Origin: Clostridia bacterium
GTDB taxonomy: Bacteria; Bacillota; Clostridia; Oscillospirales; CAG-382
NCBI GenBank assembly: GCA_017560285.1
Contig: JAFYOG010000160.1
Coordinates: 1 to 31,541 of the forward strand
Length of the DNA: 31,541 bases
Reading direction: 5' to 3'
Every line of letters begins with the position of its first letter. Position 1 is the stretch's first letter. A program made the position numbers and the translations under genes. The notes under the pieces were generated by a model. It was not told the DNA's origin, did not search any database, and saw only the letters and a list, made by a program, of their open reading frames with translations. Shown piece by piece: positions 24,316 through 31,541 of the stretch.

Positions 24316-26994
24316 ATGAACGAAAATTTTAATAAGGAAGCAGGCGCAACCAAGGATTTTGGCGCAATAGAGCCAAGCAAGGACGGCGCCACAAGACCCT
24401 TTGATACCGTAAAGCCAAAGGAAGAAGCCAAGGGCGAACCCCAAAAGGGCGAAAGCAAATCCTTGGAAATGTCTAAAAAGGCGGCAAAAGCCACCGCAAA
24501 GGGCACTATGTACGTTGTTAAAAAGGTGTTGCTGTGGACCCTTACCATATTGCTTACCTTGGTGCTTATAGGTATTATTACGGGCGCTATCGTTGGTTTT
24601 GCCTTTGTGGGCTATATTAAAAACTACGTAGACCCCTCTTTTGATGAGCTTGCCGACCTTAGGGTGGATTCCGCCCTCTCTACCACAATGTATTATACCG
24701 ACAGCAACGGGCAGGAGGTTTTGTTAAAGGAAGATACTCTTGAAGGCTCGGAAAACCGTATGTGGGCAGATTTTCAGGATATTCCCAAAAACCTTGTTAA
24801 CGCTTATATTGCCGTAGAGGATAAGCGTTTTTGGGAACACCCCGGCGTTGATACAACAAGAACCGCATCGGCGATATATAACTTCTTTATTCCCACCAGC
24901 GCCAATTACGGCGGCGGTTCTACCATTACCCAACAGCTTATAAAGAACGTTTCGGGCGAGAACGAGGCTACCATACAGCGTAAGGTGCAGGAAATATTCC
25001 GCGCTTATTACGTAGAGGAGCATTACACCAAGGAACAGATAATGGAAATGTACCTTAACACCATTTTCTTATCTCACAACGCTTACGGTGTACGTGCCGC
25101 GGCGCAAACCTATTTCGGCAAGGAATTAAAGGACCTTAGCCTTGCGGAATGCGCGGCGATTGCATCTATAGGTAAATCCCCCACCAAATACGACCCCATA
25201 CTTAACCCCCAAAACAATTTAGAGCGCCGAAATCAGGTGCTCAAGCTTATGCTGGAGCAGGAATTTATTTCCCAAGAGGAATTTAACGAATTTTACGATG
25301 CCCCTATTAGGCTTGCTCAGGATGACGACGAGGAAGGCTATACCGAAACCATACATTCTTATTATATAGATACCGTAATGGACGACGTTATTGCCGATTT
25401 AATGAGCAAATACGGATACGATAAGGTTACCGCATCGCAAATGCTGTTCTCGGGCGGGTTGGAAATAGTTACCTGCCTTGACCCCGAAATTCAGGCGGCG
25501 GCCGAAAAGGTGTATACCGACAGCCAATATTGGCCCGAAAGCAACGGTATGCGCGCACAATCGGCCATATGTATTATGGACCCCGAAACCGGCAATATTC
25601 TTGCTATCGTAGGCGGTCTTGGCGAAAAGAAGGAAAGCCGCGGCTTTAACCGCGCCACCCACGCATACAGACAGTGCGGTTCTTCCATAAAGCCTATTTC
25701 CGTATATTCCCTTGCCATAGAAAACGGCGTATTCAACGGCGGCGCAAGCCTTGACGATATCCCGTTCCTTTACGACGAGGAGGAAAAAGCCCATTGGCCC
25801 GGCAACGCAGGCAGAGGTTATTTGGGTAAGGTTTCTTTGGATTATGCTATTCAGGCATCCCTAAACACCACCTCGGTTTACACCTGCAATTTGCTTGGTG
25901 TTGACACCGTGTTCGATAATCTTTCTAAATACGGCTATTCCACAATTATTGCATCCGAAAAGCGCCCCGACGGCACTATTGTTTCGGATATAGGAATTTC
26001 GCCCTTGGCGCTGGGCGGCTTTACCTACGGTGTAACGGTTAGAGACCACACCCAAGCCTATGCTACCCTTGCCAACAAGGGCATAAGCTCTAAGGGCAGA
26101 ACCTACAGCGTAGTACGGGACAGCGACGGCAGAGTTATTTTGGATAACCGCGAGCAGCATCAGGTTATGTACAGCGAAACCACCACCGCGGTTATGACCG
26201 ACCTGCTTACCCACGTTGTTACCGGCAGCAGCGGTACCGCAAGACGTTCTATAGATGTCCACAAGAACTTCGGCGTGCAGGTTGCGGCAAAAACAGGTAC
26301 CACCAACAACGACGTTGACGTTTATTTTAGCGGTTATACCCCCGATTTCGTTGCCTGCGTTTGGTACGGATACGACCTAAACAAAACCGTTTCCAACACC
26401 CGCGCGGCGGCAGAGCTGTGGAATGCGGTGTTTACCGAAATTTACAGCAATTACGATAAAAACGGAAAATCCTATACCAAGGAATTTTCTATGCCTGCCA
26501 CCGTTGTTACCAACGTAGAATACTGCACAGTTTCGGGCAAGAAGCCCACCGATGCCTGCCGTAACGACCTTTATCACCAGCAGGGCGGCGCAAGCTGTAT
26601 TGCAACGGGCACCTTTATAAGAGGTTACGAGCCCACCGAGGAATGCGACGGCCACATTATGGTAAAATGGGATAAGGTTACCGGCGGTATCTGTGCCGAC
26701 GGCTGTAACTGCCCCGCAGGTAATATTATAGAGGTTGGCTTTAGAGTTATGTCCTTGGAGGAGCGTTGCATTAAGGGCAGAGCTCGGGTTGGCGATGCAC
26801 AATACACCTATATGCCGTTACCCACGGGAATTGCAATTAACACCAACACCAAATACCCCTTCTTCTTTAACGCCTTCCCCGAAGAACACGAATATGCATT
26901 CGGTTATTACAGCTCCAGCATTCGACCTGCCAACAGCTTGTGTACCGAGCATTATAACCCCTTGGCGAACAACCCGTTGATACCTAACCCGTAA
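24316..26994 (+). CDS. Class A penicillin-binding protein (PBP1A; transglycosylase + transpeptidase)
   Basis: TM anchor, EDKRFWEHPGVD, GGSTITQQLIKN, RKVQEI, transpeptidase SxxK (GSSIKP), SLN, KTGT; Cys-rich C-terminal extension. Confidence 0.95.
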   Translation: MNENFNKEAGATKDFGAIEPSKDGATRPFDTVKPKEEAKGEPQKGESKSLEMSKKAAKATAKGTMYVVKKVLLWTLTILLTLVLIGIITGAIVGFAFVGYIKNYVDPSFDELADLRVDSALSTTMYYTDSNGQEVLLKEDTLEGSENRMWADFQDIPKNLVNAYIAVEDKRFWEHPGVDTTRTASAIYNFFIPTSANYGGGSTITQQLIKNVSGENEATIQRKVQEIFRAYYVEEHYTKEQIMEMYLNTIFLSHNAYGVRAAAQTYFGKELKDLSLAECAAIASIGKSPTKYDPILNPQNNLERRNQVLKLMLEQEFISQEEFNEFYDAPIRLAQDDDEEGYTETIHSYYIDTVMDDVIADLMSKYGYDKVTASQMLFSGGLEIVTCLDPEIQAAAEKVYTDSQYWPESNGMRAQSAICIMDPETGNILAIVGGLGEKKESRGFNRATHAYRQCGSSIKPISVYSLAIENGVFNGGASLDDIPFLYDEEEKAHWPGNAGRGYLGKVSLDYAIQASLNTTSVYTCNLLGVDTVFDNLSKYGYSTIIASEKRPDGTIVSDIGISPLALGGFTYGVTVRDHTQAYATLANKGISSKGRTYSVVRDSDGRVILDNREQHQVMYSETTTAVMTDLLTHVVTGSSGTARRSIDVHKNFGVQVAAKTGTTNNDVDVYFSGYTPDFVACVWYGYDLNKTVSNTRAAAELWNAVFTEIYSNYDKNGKSYTKEFSMPATVVTNVEYCTVSGKKPTDACRNDLYHQQGGASCIATGTFIRGYEPTEECDGHIMVKWDKVTGGICADGCNCPAGNIIEVGFRVMSLEERCIKGRARVGDAQYTYMPLPTGIAINTNTKYPFFFNAFPEEHEYAFGYYSSSIRPANSLCTEHYNPLANNPLIPNP

Positions 26995-26998
26995 AAAC

Positions 26999-27028
26999 AA
27001 AATACCCGACAGCCGTCGGGTATTTTTT
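26999..27028. terminator. Bidirectional terminator between PBP1A and ygiQ
   Basis: AAAATACCCGAC / GTCGGGTATTTT stem with an AGCC loop, between convergent genes. Confidence 0.85.
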
Positions 27029-27031
27029 ATT

Positions 27032-28933
27032 TTATCTTTTTACCTTGCCTTTGTTAGGCTTTGCGGATTTACCCTTAGCGGGCTTTTTAACCTGGGGCTT
27101 GCCCTTGGATTTATCGGTTTTTGCTTTATCGGGCTTATTGCCGAAATGCTTTTTCTGTTCGGGGCGAACCAAGCAATCCTTGCCAAAGCCGATAAGGTCT
27201 TCCCTGCCGGCAAGCTTTAAAGCCTTGCGAACCAAGGGTGCGTTGGCGGGGCGGGCAAACTGAAGCAGAGCCCGTTGCATTTGTTTTTCCTCGTAATCGC
27301 GGGATACGTAAACCGATTTGCCGGTGGCAGGGTCAATTCCCGTATAGAACATACAGGTAGAGGCGGTGCCGGGGGTGGGATAAAAATCCTGAACCTGTTC
27401 GGGGTTTAGGTTGTTCTTTTTTAAATAAAGCGCCATTTCCACAGCGTGGTTTAAGGTGCTGCCGGGGTGAGAGGATATTAAATAAGGCACTATATACTGT
27501 TCCTTCCCTGCCTCTTTGGTTAACTGCGCAAAGCGGGATTTGAACTTATCGTATTCCTCTATGGGGGGCTTGCACATAAGCGAAAGCACGTCGTTACAGC
27601 AATGCTCGGGAGCTACCTTTAAATGCCCGCTTACGTGGTCGGAAACAAGCTTACGGAAGAATTTGGGGTTTTTATCTGCCAAAATATAATCGTACCGCAA
27701 GCCCGACCTTATAAACACCTTTTTAATTTTAGGCAACGCTTCTATTGCCTTTAAAAGGTCGATATATTCGGTATGGTCTACCTGCATATTCTTGCAAACG
27801 GTGGGCGACAGACAATTTTTGCCCTTGCACACACCGTATTTTTTTGCCTTTTCGCAGCCGTTTGTGCGAAAATTTGCGCTGGGGCCGCCTACGTCGTGTA
27901 TGTAACCCTTAAAATCGGGCATTTGGGTAATAAGCTTGGCTTCTTCCACGCAGGATTCGATAGAACGGGAGGTAACCGTTCTGCCTTGGTGGAAAGCGAT
28001 AGAGCAAAAGCTGCAGCCGCCGAAGCAACCGCGGTTATGGGTAACCGAAAATTTAACTTCTTCTATACCGGGCACACCCCCCAAGGGCTCGTAGCTTGGG
28101 TGATAGGTGCGCATATAGGGCAAGGAATATACCGCATCGAGCTCTTTGCGGGTTAAGGGCGGCATAGGCGGGTTTTGAACCATAACCTTTTCGCCGTAAT
28201 ATTCTAAAATCGCCTTGCCGTAGATATGGTCCTGATTATCCGATTGAACCTTAAACGCCTTTGCAAAGGCGGCTTTATCGGTTTTTATATCGTCGTAATC
28301 GCCGCAGGAAACGCTATCGAAATGGGGTGTAAAATCGCGGCTTTCCAAAAAGCAGGTGCCGCGAACGTCCCTTATTTTGCGAACGGGAACGCCTTTATCT
28401 AACAAAAAGGCAATGCGGCGCAGGATGTTTTCGCCCATACCGTAGGTTAAAATATCTGCGCGGGAATCTACAAGAACACTTCTTCTTACCGTGTTTGACC
28501 AATAATCGTAATGGGCAAACCTGCGGGTGGATGCCTCTAACCCGCCGATAATTATAGGAACGTCGCCGTAAGCCTCCCGTATGCGGTTGCAATATACTAT
28601 AACCGCGCGGTCGGGACGGTTGCCCATTTTTCCGCCGGGGGAATAATAATCGTAATTACGGCGCTTTTTAGAAACCGTATAATGGGATACCATAGAATCG
28701 ATATTGCCTGAATTTACCAAAAAGCCCAGCCTTGGCTTGCCGAACCGCATAAAATCGGTTTTGCTTTTATAATCGGGCTGGGGTATAATGGCAACCGAAA
28801 AGCCCTCGGATTCCAGCACGCGGGAAATTATGGCGGTGCCGAAAGAGGGGTGGTCCACGTAGGCATCACCCGTAACCAAAACAAAATCCGGTTGAAAATC
28901 TATTTCCTGGGCAAAAATAGGTAAAAAGGGCAT
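27032..28933 (-). CDS. ygiQ: YgiQ family radical SAM protein (UPF0313)
   Basis: LVTGDAYVDHPSFG, RGCFGGCSFCSI, DVGGPSANF, SGLRYDY, HLKVAPEH, QVQDFYPTP; Lys-rich tail. Confidence 0.93.
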   Translation of the reverse strand: MPFLPIFAQEIDFQPDFVLVTGDAYVDHPSFGTAIISRVLESEGFSVAIIPQPDYKSKTDFMRFGKPRLGFLVNSGNIDSMVSHYTVSKKRRNYDYYSPGGKMGNRPDRAVIVYCNRIREAYGDVPIIIGGLEASTRRFAHYDYWSNTVRRSVLVDSRADILTYGMGENILRRIAFLLDKGVPVRKIRDVRGTCFLESRDFTPHFDSVSCGDYDDIKTDKAAFAKAFKVQSDNQDHIYGKAILEYYGEKVMVQNPPMPPLTRKELDAVYSLPYMRTYHPSYEPLGGVPGIEEVKFSVTHNRGCFGGCSFCSIAFHQGRTVTSRSIESCVEEAKLITQMPDFKGYIHDVGGPSANFRTNGCEKAKKYGVCKGKNCLSPTVCKNMQVDHTEYIDLLKAIEALPKIKKVFIRSGLRYDYILADKNPKFFRKLVSDHVSGHLKVAPEHCCNDVLSLMCKPPIEEYDKFKSRFAQLTKEAGKEQYIVPYLISSHPGSTLNHAVEMALYLKKNNLNPEQVQDFYPTPGTASTCMFYTGIDPATGKSVYVSRDYEEKQMQRALLQFARPANAPLVRKALKLAGREDLIGFGKDCLVRPEQKKHFGNKPDKAKTDKSKGKPQVKKPAKGKSAKPNKGKVKR

Positions 28934-29011
28934 AATAATATCTCCTGTATAATCATAAGCTTATTTTAACACCTTAATTAAAAAAAGTAAAGCAAAAGCG
29001 CAATTTTATTC

Positions 29012-29040
29012 TTGACAAATATATAAAGCTATGATAAAAT
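29012..29040 (+). promoter_or_regulatory. sigmaA promoter of perR-rbr
   Basis: TTGACA (29012-29017), 17-bp spacer, TAAAAT (29035-29040) with extended TGn. Confidence 0.8.
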
Positions 29041-29045
29041 ACTAT

Positions 29046-29060
29046 TGACAATTATTACTA
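29046..29060. promoter_or_regulatory. Putative Fur/Per box
   Basis: TGACAAT-T-ATTACTA matches the 7-1-7 Fur box TGATAATnATTATCA at 11 of 14 positions and lies at the predicted transcription start. Confidence 0.55.
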
Positions 29061-29074
29061 TTAAGGTGTTTTAT

Positions 29075-29473
29075 ATGATAAAAGAGCGCAATACGAAGCA
29101 AAAAACGGTAATTTTGTCCGCAGTGCGTTCCGCAAAAATACATCCGACGGCAGAACAGGTTCACGCTATGGTGTTGGCAGATATGCCCAACATAAGCCTT
29201 GGTACGGTTTACCGTAACCTAAACCATATGGCAGAGCTTGGTCAGATAAGGCGCATTTCGGTTACCAATTCGCCGGATAGGTTCGACGGCGATTTATCGC
29301 CCCACCACCATATTTGCTGCAGCGAATGCGGCGAATTTAACGATAGGTTCGACCTACCCTACGACAAAAGCCTTGATACCCTTGCCGAAAAGAAAACGGG
29401 GTACAAAATTACCCGCCACGAAACCGTTTTTTACGGCTTGTGCAAGAACTGCAAGAAATCAATTAAAAATTAA
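29075..29473 (+). CDS. Fur family regulator, probably PerR-like
   Basis: [38 protein letters not shown]-terminal CKNC. Start set at ATG 29075 (RBS AAGGTG). Directly upstream of rubrerythrin. Confidence 0.92.
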   Translation: MIKERNTKQKTVILSAVRSAKIHPTAEQVHAMVLADMPNISLGTVYRNLNHMAELGQIRRISVTNSPDRFDGDLSPHHHICCSECGEFNDRFDLPYDKSLDTLAEKKTGYKITRHETVFYGLCKNCKKSIKN

Positions 29474-29505
29474 AATATCTATATAACAAAAAGGAGAACT
29501 TTACT

Positions 29506-30051
29506 ATGGAACTCAAAGGCAGCAGAACAGAACAAAATCTTATGACAGCTTTCGCAGGCGAATCTCAGGCTCGTAACAAATACACCTATTACGCAAGCGA
29601 AGCTAAAAAAGCAGGCTACACCCTTATTGCCGACATTTTCGAAGAAACCGCAGGCAACGAAAAGGAACACGCAAAGCTTTGGTTTAAGCTTTTGCACGAC
29701 GGTAAGGTTCCCGATACCGCTACCAACCTTTTGGACGCAGCTTCCGGCGAAAACTACGAATGGACCGAAATGTACGCTGAATTTGCAAAGACCGCAAAGG
29801 AAGAAGGCTTCGACCATATCGCATATCTCTTTGAAGCAGTAGGCAAGATCGAAAAGGAACACGAAGAAAGATACCGCGCAGTGCTTGAAAAGCTCAACGC
29901 AGAAACCATTTTCGTTTCTGAAGAAGTTCAGGTTTGGATCTGCACCAACTGCGGTCATATCCACGTTGGCAAGAAGGCTCCCGAAATGTGCCCCGTTTGC
30001 CAGCATCCCAAATCCTACTTCCAGAAGAAAGTAGAAAACTACAAATATTAA
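29506..30051 (+). CDS. rbr: Rubrerythrin
   Basis: [41 protein letters not shown], rubredoxin-like WICTNCGH...CPVCQHP. RBS AAGGAG. Confidence 0.97.
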   Translation: MELKGSRTEQNLMTAFAGESQARNKYTYYASEAKKAGYTLIADIFEETAGNEKEHAKLWFKLLHDGKVPDTATNLLDAASGENYEWTEMYAEFAKTAKEEGFDHIAYLFEAVGKIEKEHEERYRAVLEKLNAETIFVSEEVQVWICTNCGHIHVGKKAPEMCPVCQHPKSYFQKKVENYKY

Positions 30052-30058
30052 TCAGTTT

Positions 30059-30091
30059 ATCGGCAGGGCTAAACGCCTTGCCGATTTTTTT
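30059..30091 (+). terminator. Intrinsic terminator after rbr
   Basis: ATCGGCAGGGC / GCCTTGCCGAT stem (one G-U pair), then a T-run. Confidence 0.82.
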
Positions 30092-30120
30092 GCAAAAAGA
30101 AAAAGCCCCAAGGGGCAAAT

Positions 30121-30171
30121 AAGCAAAAAATAACTCCCAACCGTTAATCTATTTGTTACGGTTGGGAGCTA
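30121..30171 (-). terminator. Intrinsic terminator oriented for a minus-strand transcript
   Basis: Perfect 11-bp stem CTCCCAACCGT / ACGGTTGGGAG. On the minus strand it extends by a G-U pair and is followed by UUUUUUGCUU. Confidence 0.72.
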
Positions 30172-30223
30172 TTTATTTTCTGTCTTGATATCCAACATCA
30201 ATTTTAACCTCTCTTTCATAAGA

Positions 30224-30506
30224 TAGCCAAAGCATTGATACTTTAACCAACCCAAAGGGGCTGAACCGCAATGCTTTTCGGCTTATTTTAATTTCTCGTC
30301 TTCGCAATACGCTCGTATTGCTTCATCCTCCGCATTAAAAACGCTCGAAATTCAACCCCTTTGGGTCAAAGACTTTTTAATTAGAAGATTTTTGCTTAAT
30401 ACAAGGAAAATACGGAGTGAATACCAACGTATTCACGAGTACTTTGACGACGTAGTAACAGAAATCTACAATTAAAAAGTTGATTCAAGTTTCAATGCTT
30501 TGGCTA
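30224..30506. repeat. 283-bp element bounded by 23-bp inverted repeats, with nested hairpins (MITE/REP-mosaic-like or structured RNA)
   Basis: TAGCCAAAGCATTGATACTTTAA (30224-30246) pairs 21/23 with 30484-30506. Inner inverted repeat 30250-30265 / 30351-30366 pairs 15/16. Long imperfect hairpin at 30372-30480. Confidence 0.75.
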
Positions 30507-30770
30507 GGCATCACTTCTGCATTTTTCGCTTTTCGATATACCTTATTAATAGCTTGACCCGTAAGTGGGACGATCTTTGGTTATGAATAAGTTACTTCAT
30601 CGAAGCTTTAGCCCTTTGTGGGAAATGATTTTTGGAGATCACTTTGGTTTGCTTGCTTCTCTTCTTTCTTGCGTTGCCCGTTAAAGTAGTTTTGTTTTTG
30701 TTCCCCTAAAGCTTTACGCTTTTTTGGGGGATTTCTACTTTTTCATTGGACTCACCCTTTCTGTGTCTAT

Positions 30771-30799
30771 ATATTACCATACATATACCCCTATTGCAA
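30771..30799 (-). promoter_or_regulatory. sigmaA-type promoter firing leftward into the gene-free region
   Basis: Minus strand TTGCAA (30799-30794), 17-bp spacer, TAATAT (30776-30771) with extended TGn. Confidence 0.68.
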
Positions 30800-30883
30800 T
30801 ATGCGATATACCCAAATTTTAGGGATATTTTTTATGCACAGTAGAGAAATTGCTGTTTACAGCTTAATTTCGCCCCATTTTCG

Positions 30884-30912
30884 TTGACAACGCAGGTGAT
30901 TTTTGATATACT
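30884..30912 (+). promoter_or_regulatory. Near-consensus sigmaA promoter (P1)
   Basis: TTGACA (30884-30889), 17-bp spacer, TATACT (30907-30912) with extended TGn. Confidence 0.7.
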
Positions 30913-30955
30913 GATTACGTTGGGTGCTTCGCATTCGACTTTTTTATTTTTATTA

Positions 30956-30984
30956 TTGAAAAACAAACTATTATGTGATATAAT
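30956..30984 (+). promoter_or_regulatory. sigmaA promoter (P2) of the PAP2-like gene
   Basis: TTGAAA (30956-30961), 17-bp spacer, TATAAT (30979-30984) with extended TGn. Confidence 0.75.
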
Positions 30985-31029
30985 TCCCTTTACAATTTCC
31001 TAACGTTTTAAAGAAAGGGGGGCGGAATA

Positions 31030-31541
31030 ATGAAAAAGGCTTTTAGCTTTGTAAAAAAGGTTGTTATGGGGCAGGTTAATTGGGTAATGGGGCATAAATA
31101 TGCCTTTATTTTGCTGTTTTGGCCTATACAAACGGTGGTTTACGAGCTTATGCGCATTGCCTTTATGCACGTGCCCGTGGTTATGATACACAGCCCCTTG
31201 GACGATAAAATTCCCTTTTGCGAATGGTTCGCTATCCCCTATTACGTTTGGTATTTCTATATAGCGTCGGTGCTGTTTTACACCATTTACCACGGCAAGC
31301 GGGAATTTTTGCGGGCGGCGTTCCTTGTTATCGGCTGTACCCTTATTCCTATGATATTTTTTGTTATTATGCCCAACGGCATAGAATATTCCATGCGCCC
31401 CGATTTTGAAGCATTGGGCAGAGATAATTTCTGTATCGACCTTGTAAAGGGCATTTATGCAGGTGATTCCCCACCAAGAAACGTTATGCCAAGCATACAT
31501 TGCTCGGTGGCGCTTGCCATTGCCATGGGCTATACCAGGGC
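31030..31541 (+). CDS. PAP2-superfamily membrane protein (AUR1/IPC-synthase-like), runs off the window end
   Basis: Not in the ORF track; translated by hand: MKKAFSFVKK...IHSPLDDKIPFCEWFAIPYYVWY...GIYAGDSPPRNVMPSIHCSVA. NxxPSxH motif, hydrophobic segments, RBS GAAAGGGG. Confidence 0.85.
   Translation, partial: MKKAFSFVKKVVMGQVNWVMGHKYAFILLFWPIQTVVYELMRIAFMHVPVVMIHSPLDDKIPFCEWFAIPYYVWYFYIASVLFYTIYHGKREFLRAAFLVIGCTLIPMIFFVIMPNGIEYSMRPDFEALGRDNFCIDLVKGIYAGDSPPRNVMPSIHCSVALAIAMGYTR

Noticed and set aside
9900-27028. Shared CCCGAC/GTCGGG core in the terminators at 9900 and 26999
   Set aside because: Only 6-8 bp, with the arms in swapped order; explained by GC-rich terminator stems.
29479-30006. 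175-aa minus-strand ORF that might be an antisense gene fed by the leftward promoter
   Set aside because: Shadow of rbr; the terminator at 30121-30171 lies between it and that promoter.
30741-30780. 24-aa minus-strand ORF starting at ATG 30780 (MVIYRHRK...)
   Set aside because: The ATG lies inside the predicted promoter, upstream of the TSS, and has no RBS.
30100-30990. CRISPR array, tRNA, tmRNA or RNase P RNA in the long intergenic region
   Set aside because: No regularly spaced direct repeats, no cloverleaf or T-loop, and no RNase P or tmRNA end motifs by eye.
31000-31500. 166-aa minus-strand ORF
   Set aside because: Shadow of the plus-strand PAP2-like gene, which has the promoter, RBS and family motifs.

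Overview
Gene-dense window from a Firmicutes (Clostridia-like) chromosome; the taxonomy is inferred from gene content. Left: a minus-strand run of DUF1385-prmC, then trmH-like, dprA, topA, plsX, rnc and a truncated radical SAM gene. Middle: RNHCP plus a membrane protein, a solo mazF/ndoA toxin flanked by terminators with no antitoxin, a DUF4855 surface protein, an unknown gene, a lipoprotein and alr. A five-gene minus-strand operon encodes a cohesin+dockerin protein, a COG2426 membrane protein, a TIM-barrel sugar enzyme, a Gfo/Idh/MocA-like oxidoreductase and a second dockerin protein. Right: murB, an internally shortened whiA, dnaE, PBP1A, ygiQ, perR/fur, rubrerythrin and a truncated PAP2-like gene. 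The least explained sequence is 30100-30990. It holds a minus-strand sigmaA promoter and matching terminator about 640 nt apart, a 3-codon ORF, and a 283-bp element of nested inverted repeats with two opposed REP-like hairpin units. No CRISPR array, tRNA, rRNA or transposase was seen. All family assignments come from motif recognition by eye, not database searches.
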